From Laetmonice hystrix (lineage: Eukaryota), in contig OZ249436.1 of NCBI GenBank assembly GCA_965235115.1, positions 49,230,001 through 49,294,000 on the forward strand: a stretch of 64,000 nucleotides of DNA. The letters are read 5' to 3'. This document shows positions 12,244-25,134 of this stretch, piece by piece. How positions within the stretch are numbered: the stretch's first letter is position 1; every line of letters begins with the position of its first letter. A program made the position numbers and the translations under genes. The notes beneath the pieces were generated by a model that did not search any database, was not told the DNA's origin, and was given only the letters and a program-made list of their open reading frames with translations.

Positions 12244-13000
12244 GCTGATCCTAGGGCTAAGCTAATCACTAGCCCAAGTCAACAGGGGCTGATCCTAGGG
12301 CTAAGCTAATCACTGGCCCAAGTCAACAGGGGCTGATCCTAGGGCTAAGTTAATCACTAGCCCAAGTCAACAGGGGCTGATCCTAGGGCTAAGCTAATCA
12401 CTAGCCCAAGTCAACAGGGGCTGATCCTAGGGCTAACCTAATCACTGGCCTAAGTCAACAGGGGCTGATCCTAGGGCTAAGCTAATCACTAGCCCAAGTC
12501 AACAGGGGCTGATCCTAGGGCTAACCTAATCACTGGCCTAAGTCAACAGGGGCTGATCCTAGGGCTAAGCTAATCACTGGCCCAAGTCAACAGGGGCTGA
12601 TCCTAGGGCTAAGCTAATCACTAGCCCAAGTCAACAGGGGCTGATTCTAGGGCTAAGCTAATCACTGGCCCAAGTCAACAGGCGCTGATCCTAGGGCTAA
12701 GCTAATCACTAGCCAAAGTCAACAGGGGCTGATCCTAGGGCTAAGCTAATCACTCGCCCAAGTCAACAGGCGCTGATCCTAGGGCTAAGCTAATCACTAG
12801 CCAAAGTCAACAGGGCTGATCCTAGGGCAAAGCTAATCACTGGCCCAAGTCAACAGTCGCCTATCCTAGGGCTAAACTAATCACTGGCCCAAGTCAACAG
12901 TCGCTGATCCTAGGGCTAAGCTAATCATTGACCCAAGTCAACAGTCGCCTATTTTAGGGCTAAGCTAATCACTGGCCCAAGTCAACAGTCGCCGATCCTA
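12244..13000. repeat. 44-bp satellite, ~17 copies; the last unit resumes at ~18838-18861 after a transposon insertion
   Basis: Unit GCTGATCCTAGGGCTAAGCTAATCACTAGCCCAAGTCAACAGGG, period 44 (starts at 12244, 12288 and onward). Confidence 0.97.
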
Positions 13001-13060
13001 TTATATTGACCTTATTCACGCCGAGTCCAGAACGAGGCTGACCTAGCAAACATTTTCAAA

Positions 13061-15396
13061 ATGGCGTTGACGGTGACGGTATGGCATGGGAACCTCGTGG
13101 CCGTTCCACGGTTCACGGCGACTATGCTCGAGGCCTATATGGAACAGTGCAGCGGAATCCACACAACTTCACAGAGGGGATATAATTATAAGTTCTTTCT
13201 GGAGCAGTATGTCCATGGATTCAAAGGTAATTTTTATTATCCGGCAGTCTACCACTCACTACGACTTAGTCTACACTACACTACAGACAGTCTACACTAG
13301 TACAGTACAGACTAGTCCCCCTGTCCTGTGGCTGTGTCTGCGACTGTCTGGCTCTGGGCCTAACCGTTAACGTAAGTCGTAACGGTAGTCCTCGTAGTCG
13401 TAGTAGCTTAGCCTTAGCATTAGACTAGAACTAGTACTAGTGACAGTTAGTACTTAGCAAACCAAGAAATTGTCAAATCTATTATAGGTCTGACGTTACA
13501 CTGTCAGTAAATACATTACACTATTGTCACTGTCACTAGACTAGTGACTAGTGTCAGGGCCAGAGTCAGAGAGGGGACAGAGGGGATCTCCCCTTGGCCT
13601 TAGCCTAGTAAAAACTTAGTTGCCTAGACTAGATAGCCTAGTACTAGTACTAGTAGTACTAGTAGTGACAGTTAGTACTTAGCAAACCAAGAAATTGTCA
13701 AACCTATTCTAGCTAGGCCTAACGTTACAGCTATTGTCACTGTCAGGGCCAGAGTCAGAGAGAGGGCAGAGGGGATCTCCCCTGGCCTTGGCCTTACCGG
13801 GACCCTTGGCCTTTGGCTTTGGGGGCAGGGGCGGGCGCTCATCCATTTGGGGCCTAATTATAATATTAATAGTATAACTTTACAGTTACTAGAACTGTAG
13901 ATCTAGGTAGTTAGTGACCCGTCTAGGCCCTAGCCATCCCTGGCCTCTGTCGGGCGACCCACCCCTCTCGCTCTAGCAGAGGACTAGGTCCTTTTGGCTT
14001 TAATCTGACAGTCCACTTTGGCCTACTACTACTACTAGAACTTTACAAATAGTAGTAGTAGTACTACTAGTAGGCTACTAACCCTAGCCCTAGGGGCTAA
14101 AGTTATAAACCTAATCCTAACTCTAGCCATGGCATAGCTTAGTGTTACTATTACTATTAGTATTAGTAGTACATGTATACTAGCTAACCTATACATAGGC
14201 TATAGTATACTATACTCCTAGTCCTAGGCTAGGGATTGGTCTGTCGGACCAATGGCAATGGGCTGTCGCCAATGTCGGACTACAACGCCCCCCACCCCAC
14301 CCCGCTCTCGTTGGCCCCGAGTCTAGTTAAATAATGTTAAAAAATGAAACCCTGGAGCTGCCACTGTCACTAATCTATTTGTATTGTAGTGGCAGTAGAG
14401 TAGACTACTCTTGACGTGTAGATGATGTACATTGTAGATCAGGTTTTCACCCCCAATCCCCATCTAACGTTAGCCTGTTAATTTTGCAGTGTGTCATCAA
14501 GAAGAAAACAGGTGGTCTCTCAAAGCCCAGTGCTTTAGGTCAAGAAAGAAAACTGAATTACCGCATCATATCAGAGTAAGTTGGATATCAATCTTATATA
14601 CCGGTGGGCCACTACCAGAGACCACTGTTTTAGTGATCAGTTTCACTTTCAGTTTCTTTCTGTAGACAGTTGTGAAAAATACAAAAATATTATTGCAATT
14701 CGACAAATATCTCACATAAGCACTCTTATTAATATGTGTGCTAATAAATGTCTACTTAGTAAAATTGCAAATTGCATGTTTCACAGATTGACTTTGAAGG
14801 TGTAACTATTAAAAGTAACACCTGTTCATGTGCTCGTGGGAAGAGTTTGTGCCACCATACCGTAGCGGTGCTTCACCAGCTGGTCCACTACAAAAATCTG
14901 GGGTTGAAAGCAGTGCCATCAGTTGAATCTAAAACATCACAACCCCAGGTATATGTGCAGTTTATTTCAGTATGACTCTTTTTAAAGAAGTAATACTTTT
15001 TCTTTAAGGAAAGTTACTTTTTAAATATGTTAGGTGCGTGCTAATTTAGGTGCATCTCCAGATAGATGGGTCTTTGACCCCGACTGTGAGCAGTCTCAAG
15101 GGTTGTTGGAAATTAAATGTCCTAGTGTGGAGTCAGTTGTACATTGTGGCTATTTAAAGCAAGGAGACGATGGCAATCTTTGTTTAAAGGAAAATCACGA
15201 GTATTTTTTCCAGATAATGGGCCAGCTGGGGTTGAGTGGCTCACCATGGTGTGATTTCTTCGTGTATACAAATAATGACTTTCATTGTGAGAGAATATAT
15301 TTTGATGAGCCAAAGTTCAATACCATGTTAGAGAAATTAGATAAATTCTTTTTTAATTACTATTTACCCTACATGGCCAAGCAAAATGAATGCTAA
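13061..15396 (+). CDS. Transposon accessory gene: SWIM zinc finger + YqaJ/lambda-exonuclease-like nuclease; exons ~13061-13226, 14490-14575, 14787-14948, 15034-15396; appears internally shortened
   Basis: Exon 3 has CSCARGKSLCHH (SWIM CxC..CxH). Exon 4 has LGASPD..LLEIKCP..YFFQIMGQL...WCDF (PD-(D/E)xK, YqaJ type). GT-AG junctions are in frame. Confidence 0.82.
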
Positions 15397-15861
15397 TAAA
15401 GACTACGCATACGCAACTCGGAGCGTTTGTTTAATGCCAAGTTAAGTGCCTGAATGCTCGCATGGCAGCGAGTACTGGAGGAGCCATAGTACATGTAGTA
15501 CTCAGAGGAAACCACCAACCCTCCGCAAGGAACTCGTCAAACTTCCACACATGCGCAGTTAAAGCTTAGAAATGAACCCGGGCCACGGTGGTACTTACTT
15601 ATTCCTTAATAGGGGGCAACGTTAGATACATAGAACAGGGTTCATACTGAGAATATTACCCAAACTCTCAGGAATATTTGTGGAAAGCTGAAATCTTTGG
15701 TATTGTCACATTCGGTAGCCTTTATTGTTAAAATAAAGTAAATAAAGTACAGTCCGATTTATAAGCATTTATTTTACCAATAAATTTTTAAAAATATATT
15801 TGTGCTTGTCCAGTTATTTTGATTCAACAATGTACGATTTCATAATCTGGTATAACAGTCA

Positions 15862-18754
15862 TTAGTTTTTAATCAATGGTCCTTGAAAGTTTGACAGCAT
15901 ACAGCACACACTCCACAACTGGTTGATGGTACCAGCAAGATTCAGTGGCACTACTGAATCAAACAGGTGATAACCTCTAATTCTTCGTATTGCTCTCTCT
16001 ACGTGAACTCGCAAATTTGCTATCTTAGCATTCAGCTCGTTTTCTGACTTAGAAAATTGCCCCTTTCTAGCCAAAAAACATGGTATAACTAATTTGCACT
16101 GTTTTGTAGCCAGAAGATCTTCTATCAGGAACCCCTTATCTGCCATAACTTCATCCCCAGGTTCTAATAAATCAAGGCAACCAGAAACTCTTGTGATATG
16201 TCTGTCAGATATGCTGCCAGAATACAGTGAACTTACAAAGGAAACACACCCTGAAGGGGTGATTCCAAGTAGTGCCTTGAAAGTGGTGGTTCCCTTATAG
16301 TGAGAGAATAATTCGGAACTGAGTACCAGACTAGACGGTGCCTGAACGCGTAACTCTGTGCAATCCAAAATTACCCTTACATTTGGATAGGAATCCTTGA
16401 ACGATTTGGGCATATGTTTCTGCACTTGGGTTTTACTAGGCCATAGAGGTTGTGATCCAAGCAGACAATACAGAAAGTTTGCCCATGAAATTGTATTTCT
16501 ACTGACGGTAGCCTGACTGACCCCGAACTTGTCTGCAAGGTCCTGATCAAGTGACCCTAACCTGATTTTATGACAGAACATGAAGAACTGGTCAATAAGG
16601 AACAACTTTTGAACTGCACTGTGCTGCATTCTCTCTCTTTGACCTTTACACTGTCTTTGAACTTGTGTCCATCTAATCATTTTTGCAGCGTGTGGAGCAA
16701 TGCTTTAAAAAAACGCCTTGAACACTTCATACGTCGGAAATCCTGTATAAAATCGTATCAGTTCAGGGTCATGAGTAAATCGCGAAATCCCAAAATTCTT
16801 GACTGTCTGCTGCTGAACTACATCTTCCAGTTCTGCAATCCTTTGAAGAGCTGCTTCCAGTTTTTCTTCTGCTGGTCTTGGTTGTACACAGTAATCATGG
16901 AAGTTTGCGTGGTTACAAGCTGCATCATTCACTTCTACCAGCCTGAAAGATAAAATTACACAATACTTAATCTATATTCTTTTGCTAAAAATTCCAATCA
17001 AATTACAGGTAATTCTAAAAATATTATTGTCCTTTTCACTTTGTTACAAGTTTACTTAAACTTGGAACTATTCTCAAACACTAGAATATACATCTTAATA
17101 TTAAAAAGGTAAAAAGTAGAATTATGGCTGATACTGATACTGCAACACATAGACATTTATGCCTATTATATGTGTTGAACTTGTCTATATTATATAGGCC
17201 TATAAATTGAGATATATTTAAAAGAGTCTTCTTTGCAATTATACCTATTATCCAGAACTCCACTGGTGACGGCTGTTGCAGTGCTTCTAGCTGGTGGGTT
17301 CCTGGTATTTCTTTGGGCACACCATGCAAATACAGACGGAACAGCACCTTTCTTCAATTTTCGAATCCCTGTTAACGTTTTCATCAAATTCTCTGCTTTG
17401 AAGTGGTCAGAACAAACATACGTTTTGTTTGTAACCTGTACAAAAATAAATGAATCACAGTAGTAAATCAAAACAGAGTAAAAACTTAACAAAATGAATG
17501 TTATGCCAACGGTAATTATGCCCATAACATGGTCTTAAATTTGAAGATAATTTAACTATTTTGGCTGAAGCCAGTGGCCAGCAATATAGCTTTGCTTAGA
17601 TTTGAGCGGTTTAAAAAAAATTCTGCCGAAGCAGCTGCCTTAGGCTCAGCTGCCTTGCGTGGCCCCTGCCCGTGCCACCCTGCCATAAGTATAACTCAGC
17701 ATAAGATTAAGAGTTAAGACCGGCAGAAAGGAAAGGAAAAATGAAGCTAGCCTATTGTTCATCCAATGATCTCCTGCCAGTTTCATCATATTCATAGTAT
17801 AGACTATAGTTAACTGTCATCCCTGACCATGTATAGCCTACTCCTCAGCTTACAATAATAAGTTACATGACTCATTAGCTCTGGTAAGTTCAAAATGGAG
17901 GCGGTCTACCAGGGAGACTGTCTTCATCCGCTACATGGGGTCAGCAGGAAGCCAAAATGACAATATCGAGTTGGTAACCTTTCTTCTAATGTAATGACAA
18001 TTATCAAGTTCAACCCGCACCCAGGCGACTTGCCCTGGTTAACTCGCACCTTGGTTTGAGTGACGGGTTTAGCACCGCGGGCAGCTTGGTTTAGCCGTCG
18101 CCTCTCCCAGCAGCCAGACGGTATCCAGTCACTGTGAGCGGCCCGCCAGCGGAATAGCGCACATGACTAATTGAAACCTATACCACCTCTCGTCCCCTCA
18201 ACTAAATAGGATTTGATTTCAATAAATTACCAATACGACCCTGACTAACTCTAAAATCGACTTTGGATTGAACGAAGTCTGCGTGCAGACAAGGCCAAGG
18301 GATCAGGCAGCAACCCACTCCAACAAGTCAGACTCAGTCACAGTCACAGTAAATAGGCTACACCATGCAGCGACTCACGCCGACTGTCAAAGTTACGTTT
18401 TAGACTATTTTTTGGCGCTGAAACTTGCTGAGAGTACATAAAGGAGGTTACTTCAACAGATACGTAAATGTATTTTGATGGATGTTATCTGAGTAGCCTA
18501 GGCCTAGATGAAATTCTCAAAAAGTCTAGAAATTCGAGGACGACTAACCGCTACCATAACCTATTATCGCTCGGTTGACAGTCTTGTCTTACCTTGAAAT
18601 TTGGCCCTTCGTCTCTTCTAATGGCAATAATCCAGCGTTTTTTAAGGCCTTGGTCTTTAGGAAAATTGTGAAAAGAAAGCTTTTTTGCATTATCTCTATC
18701 CTTTTCTGCACGTCTGGCGTCGTTTGTGCATAACGGTACACAACAGTGCGCCAT
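15862..18754 (-). pseudogene. THAP-domain DDE (Harbinger/ISL2-like) transposase; exons 18754-18593, 17435-17245, 16942-15862; one in-frame nonsense codon
   Basis: THAP: MAHCCVPLC..SFHNFP..W..AIRR / VCSDHF..LKKGAVPSVF. Core: RFYTGF, HTH DLADKFGVSQATVSR, ILDCTE, GSISD, MADKGF, RVHVERAIRRI. TAA at 16707-16705 is in frame with both flanking ORF-track segments. Confidence 0.92.
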
Positions 18755-20409
18755 GACGGTTACGTCAAGGCCATGCGTGACATTGCGGTGTCAGCCTCGC
18801 TTTGGTTTCACAATGGCGAATCCGTGAATGAGGTGAATAGGGCTAAGCTAATCACTGGCCCTCGCCCCCTAGCGGGAGAAAAGTGAAGCAGTCTGTGAAA
18901 TGCCCCTGGAGGGACGGCAATGAACTACGTTGTATCGGGTATAGTTCCGCCCACGACATGAGATCCACTCACGTCGAGATCGAGGTAACGGTAGTGTGCG
19001 TTAAGCCGCTAAACAAACAAGAACTGTTAGTTAGTCTGGTTCAAGGTATGTAAACTATCCTATTACCTCAATTACGTTAGGTGGATGGGAAATTTGATTT
19101 AATGAAATGAAGCGTGGTGAAGTTGGCGTGTGAAGACGTACGGCTACGACGGCCGGGGTAGTCGAGGGAGGGAGGGTTCAGGGGAGTGCCCCGTGCGGTC
19201 TGCGGCGGCCCTACCCCAAAACTGGCACCGTCACGCACCAAGACACGTTACAATTTATAGACAGACCTACGTGGCCAGAGGCCATCAGACGAAAGGGGTA
19301 AAACAGTTCTGAAAATTATTGTAGGCCCCCCTAGCCTAGCCCCCGGCCTAGGGCTAGGCCTATTTCATTTGCATGACTGAGTGAGTGTACCGTGTTCGGT
19401 CTACCCTCATCGAGGCTCATGAGAAAGTCATGACTCAGGGCTTGAATCTACCAGTCTTACTTGCCCGAACTTCGCGCAGGTAGTAACCAAGACACACTAC
19501 ACAAACCTTAAATTTTACTTGCCCAGAGACATATTCTAGTCATATCGGACGTAGGTTTTTTCGAGCCCTGTGAGTGACTCATGTAATAATTAATCTTTTT
19601 TTTTCATTCCTTTATTTATACTGGGAAGTTAATTTCGGTACATATGTGATACAGGTTTTCAATACGGTCATTAATATAATAAATAGGATTTATAACTGTA
19701 ATGCAGGGGTGGCCGATTTTTTCAAATTAATCACTTGCCAAAGCCAAGGACAAGTGGACTACAAAAATAAATTCCACTTGCCCAGCTCTGACATCTGCAT
19801 GTCCTCACTTGTTATTACGTCTATGTTGGGTCAGAGCACTAGCTATCGAGCTAATTGTCTTTGGTCTGTTGGACTTGCCCGACCATGCAATCAACTTGCC
19901 TTGGGCGTTAGGAATTGGCCATCACTGTAACATTAGGCCTAGATCTAATTCAATTGGCTAAAGTGATGCTGTGTCCAGCAGTGTTCAAACAGGCTCACAG
20001 AGGCACAGCCACAGGGATGTGCCCAGAAAAAAATTAAGTGCCGGGTGGTAGTTTTGGGCTAGGGCCGAAAGCACAAGGTTTTCAGTTGGCAAGAAGGGTG
20101 GGTGTGGGCCGTTTGGTTAGCGCCGTGGTATGAATGAATGAGAGATGGTATGAGAAGTAATATCTACACACATTTGATTTATAAATTATCTGATGAGAGG
20201 CCTCATAAAAATTCCTGCTTGGTGGCACTTGAACCTTTTTAGTTTTGTGCTGGGTGGCTAAAATCAGTGCCGGGCGGGCCCACCTGGCACCGCCTGGCGT
20301 TGGCACATCCCTGGAGGCAGTATATCGGCTAGTAGCCGACATATCCCTAGCTATTTCTGCCTGAACACGATGTGTACGTGGTCTGAGTTAGGTTGCAAAA
20401 GATCTAGAG

Positions 20410-20703
20410 CATGTTCCGCGCGATATGGGAATCTGGCCGATACTAGAATTGACCCGGCCATTAGGGACTTCCCATTGTGTCCAGCACTTTTGGAATTCCT
20501 ATAATGGACGGTTCAATTCCAGAATATATATGACCGTGAGCATTATGAGAATCGTGTCCGTTTTGAGAATCATGCCTTATGTATACAAATTATTATATAG
20601 GCAGGTAGTCTATTGTCTGGACAGACCATTAGAATTCCAGTGTTATACAGCAAGGACGCGGGAATTCCCATAATGGCCAGATTCTCATATCACGCGGAAC
20701 ATA
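20410..20703. mobile_element. MITE with ~30-bp imperfect TIRs
   Basis: atgttccgcgcgatatgggaatctggcc at left and ggccagattctcatatcacgcggaacat at right. Confidence 0.75.
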
Positions 20704-20731
20704 ATACTAGTCCGGCTGGGACCATGGTTTA

Positions 20732-21201
20732 CAGTGCCTCCCCCAGGATTTCAGAAGGGCAGGGTAACATTATGTCGAGGATGGGACGATGAATGCGTGG
20801 AGGCAAGTGGCAAAGGCACAAGTGCGAGCATCGAAGGCGTTAAGGTTACCGGGGAAGGGGGCAGGGGCCAGGCCTTTGAATGAGAAATAATTGAAAACAA
20901 GAAATCTAACTTCAATATTTATTCAAACTTTTTAATAACTCAATCTTACTTTCTCTGACTAGGTTCCACGTACTTCCTGACGTCTTTCTCTTGCGTTCTG
21001 TCACTCTGTGACTGTGTTTTGTAATGCCAGCTGGGACAATTCCTGGAAGTCATTAGTCTTTGATGGAGGGGAGGGCAGAGGGGCGCTGTTGACAGAGACA
21101 GGGCGCTGTTGGGCAACGGCAAGGTGCAGTTCAAAAGGGCAGGGCGGGGCTAGTGACGGCAGGGCGGGGCGCCCTTCTATTTGACGCTAGGGGAGCCACT
21201 G
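20732..21201. mobile_element. hAT-like MITE with 5-bp TSD
   Basis: Ends CAGTGCCTCCCCCAG and CTAGGGGAGCCACTG; GTTTA on both flanks. Confidence 0.7.
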
Positions 21202-24200
21202 GTTTAGCAATAATCGGCTAGAACTCTGTCTGACCCATCGTCCCGCACTTGGGGTTGAACCGCTTCGAGGGATTCTCACCCTCACGACAACCAGGCTTAC
21301 GACCTAATAATACTCCATGCGATATCGAACGAACCAATCAGATTACACCACTGCCTCAGGCATGATTCATAAAAATTAGCTTGCATTTCTGGTTAACCAA
21401 TTAAAGCTCAAATTTTGCTGTGCGCATGCCCTTTAAATTAGACAAAATGGCCTTAAAAAGTCCTTGAATTTTTTTGGTGAAATTTGCTGAGCACCCTGTT
21501 TGTGAAACACTGTCTGGAGTTAGTCGCCAACCAGTCACTGCAAAGGCCTTTCCAAAGACAAGATTCAAATAAATTTTTGATTTTTTATGACATGATTTTT
21601 AGAGAGATATTTTTCCACTGGAGTTGGCAGCATGTTTTGTGAGACTTATCAATGATTGTGATGTTGTTAATTAAAATTTTGCAACATGTATACTTATCAT
21701 ATCTGGACATCAAGTGCTGTATCATTCTCTATACTGCCCTAAATTAGTAATGGCAATTGTTTATAAATACATGTATACATACTGGTAAATATTTCCCCTA
21801 AAACTTTTAGTAAAAGGCTTTATCATGCATGATATGAATATTGGTCAACCGTTAAATTCTGCTACTGGTCAACTGTTAATTTCTACTGACCTCATAACGC
21901 TCATGAATGCATTCACTAGGTGCATGTTCACACAACCACAGTTACTGAACCATGCAGGTTTGTATGAATTGTACTTGCAGGGCTAGGTTTGCCACACATG
22001 TGATTGTGAAGACCAGGTATGAAGGAAGGCCTCAGTTTAGACGTGGAAAAACAAGAGGTAAGGTGTTCAGCCCCCTAGGCTTGCTTGATGTAAGGTTTTT
22101 GATTCCTGCCTGCTTTAGTCAGGCTTTGGCAATATATGTGCAACATTTGGCTCGTAGTTATTTCCACAATGACAGATCACATATTTGTGAGAAATTTACA
22201 CTTTTTGACTGCTTGTAAGGTATTGACATTAATACCATGTGCTAAATATATTTGTTGCAGTTAAAAGTTGCAATATAAGCCAAGTCCAGGCAAGATTAAT
22301 CATTTCTTTGCTGGACAGCTTTGCTTTTGTACCCCATAAATGTTTGCTGTTGCTGGAGACATAAAGTTCTAGAATGCATTAACGTACATACATGTGTATT
22401 TGATAACATAATTTCTTGTACATAGTATAATTAATTCTTATTACACCTAAGATACATGTATTCGAGTAATGTTTTATTTCAGTATATTCAGGTACTTGTA
22501 ACAGATGTTACTCCAAACACCAGTTATATGTGATCTGTGGCCTTTTTGGTCAATCCTGGAGAAATAAATTGTTTAGTTTGAGAATCTTGAGCATAGCTTT
22601 CCAGGTTATATGCTAACCAAGGAGTGTCAAAGAGGGTGATGACCTGGTTGGTGTCAATTGAAGATTCTACGGCAGGGGTTGCCGATTTTTCAAGTTCATG
22701 ACTTGCCACAGGACAAGTGGACTATAAAATTTCCATTTGCCCAGCTCTGATATCCACATGCCCTCTATACTTGTGATTATTATACTAACTGGTCTTACGT
22801 TACAATATGAAGAGTACCCAGGTTAAAAGATCTGTGTCACACTTTTGTTGGATCTGCCATCTGCCTGACTGTTTACCAAGCTTTGTTCTGACCCAATAGA
22901 AATCCGTCAAGTTGATCCGAGTCCTTATCTGTGGGGGTATGATTTAAAACATCCTTGTTCAAAACATTCATGTCCAAGGCTCTCAGAACAGGAAGTTCAA
23001 TGATAGAGCATATATCAGAATAATCAATGTCCATAAAGTCGTTTTTAATTTTCTTCATTGTTTTTACAAAATGAGTAATAATGCGACATAGATAATGTTT
23101 TCCCCATGTACTCTTAATAAGTTAATATGTTAGGGCTGTCTGGCTGGGGCAAGTTGTGTTATTCGTGATAACTGTAAAAACCTCGTAAGTAGCCATTTTG
23201 AATACAATTACTAGCACAATGTTTCATTTTCATAATGTTCTGCCAAATGTTCCATACAGATCAAATATATGATCTTCCTTGCCGATATTGAATACAGAAG
23301 TCCCCTGTCTAAATACCTGCTATTGTTTTTGGACAATGGACATAATCAGAAATAAATGGCACCATAAGTATGTTACCGGTGTACTAAATGATTAGTAATG
23401 CACAAAATAGCCCAGAAATTACCGGAAAAGAGAAAAGTTTGAATGAAGTCATAGACAAGTAATCTGACTATCTGAATAACAATCTGACTTCATGACTGGC
23501 ATGTGCCATGGTTACTGATAGTATGATTTGGAATTCTGTCACCTTATTGCATTGGGAAATATCTGTTTAATGATGGACCCGTGTGTTCATTAGCATCACT
23601 CAAGTGATCGACTGGAGGCAGTATGACAGTTGCATACAGTAATTAGCACCATCTTTCAGCCCCACTAGTAGTTGTCCTCAATAGTCTGCCTATATGCTGT
23701 GACAGTGTGTCATCTAACACCATTTGATGTCCTTGATGATTGTCCAGTTGTCCTTGGACTTAAGGTGTGTGATTAATACAAGTAAGCAGGACATTGGAAA
23801 GACCATATCAACCTTGTGCTATGAAAGGGCATGTAAGCTGGAAGAGGTTCATTTTGATTTACGAGTGAATTGATGAATGACATTTGCTTTGTTTGACCTT
23901 GTGTCTGCTTCTGTCTCCAGCTGAAGGACTTACAGCACTACCTGAAAAAGGTGGGTCCTGGCCTCTGTCTGTCAGCCTGGCTTCAAGCTTCTAGGTCCCA
24001 TACCTTTATCAGTTGCTTTCTGTTATGCGTCACGCTGCAAGGAATATATATGTATGTTGGTATGCATGAAAGGTGACATTAGACTGAGACGTAGAATGCA
24101 TGTTAATACTAAAGATGCATGTGGAATAACTATTTAGGATTGCCCTTAAATGGAGCTATGTGAGTGTGGATGCTTGCTGTCCAAGAAAAACATTTATGGC

Positions 24201-24440
24201 TGTCGATAGACTGAAACATTAAGTGTCTGAGACAATGACACATTACAGTCTACGGTATACGAAATGTCTAGTAGTGATACAGTGACAGTCAGTGTTACTT
24301 GTCACGTAGATGTACAAAACATACAAAAAGATATTTTCACTTATCACTATTGCAGCCATGCCCAATCTGAATCAATCGAGGCCAGGGTTGTCGGGGCTAG
24401 GCTAGAGGTTGCCAGGGTAACTGTCTAGCTGTAACTAACT

Positions 24441-24790
24441 GTAACTGTCATGTACGGAGAGATGTCTTCATGTTTTCTACAGATTCCTATTTAAAGGGAT
24501 GCCTGTATGTGTTCGTGTTGATACAGTAACTGTCATGTACGGAGAGATGTCTTCATGTTTTCTACAGATTCCTATTTAAATGGACGCCTGTATGTGTTTG
24601 TGTTGATACAGTAACTGTCATGTACGGAGAGATGTCTTCATGTTTTCTACAGATTCCTATTTAAATGGATGCCTGTATGTATTCGTATTGATACAGTACC
24701 TGTCATGTAAAGAGAGATGTCTTCTACAGATTCCTATTTAAATGGACGCCTGTATGTGTTTGTATTGAAATGGTACCTGTCTTGTACAGA
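24441..24790. repeat. 85-bp tandem repeat, ~4 copies
   Basis: gtaactgtcatgtacggagagatgtcttcatg... at 24441, 24526 and 24611, plus a degenerate fourth copy. Confidence 0.9.
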
Positions 24791-24802
24791 CAAGAGACTT
24801 AA

Positions 24803-25134
24803 AGGGAGTCGTAAAATTCATTTTTTCGATTTATGGCAGTCTTAGAAACATATGATTCGCATACCTTGGACTCCCAGTAACATCATGTGAGACTGTTATG
24901 GCCCAGCGACCAGTATTTAGTAAGGAAAATATGCCAAATCTCTCGCAAATACGTAGCTCAGAATTAGCGAGCGGCCCACAGGATATTTGAGTTGGCCGCG
25001 GTCGGGCGATGATGACTAAATACTGGTCGCTGGGCCATAACAGTCTCACATGATGTTACTGAGAGTCCAAGGTATGCGAATCATATGTTTCTAAGACTGC
25101 CATAAATCGACAAAAATGAATTTTACGACTCCCT
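24803..25134. mobile_element. Foldback MITE with ~120-bp TIRs and TTAA TSD (Kolobok-like)
   Basis: TTAA|AGGGAGTCGTAAAATTCATTTTT ... AAAAATGAATTTTACGACTCCCT|TTAA; arms nearly perfectly complementary. Confidence 0.9.

Larger units (their letters stand above)
13004..18839. mobile_element. ISL2EU-type (PIF/Harbinger-related) DNA transposon, ~5.8 kb, two convergent intron-containing genes
   Basis: Imperfect TIRs TATTGACCTTATTCACG (13004-13020) and CGTGAATGAGGTGAATA (18823-18839); subterminal inverted CGAGGCTGAC/GTCAGCCTCG. Encodes a THAP+DDE transposase and a SWIM+YqaJ protein; flanked by the two halves of one satellite unit. Confidence 0.9.

Noticed and set aside
12244..13000. Regular repeat array next to nuclease genes, superficially CRISPR-like
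   Set aside because: Units are contiguous with no unique spacers, the context is eukaryotic, and the transposon simply inserted into the array.
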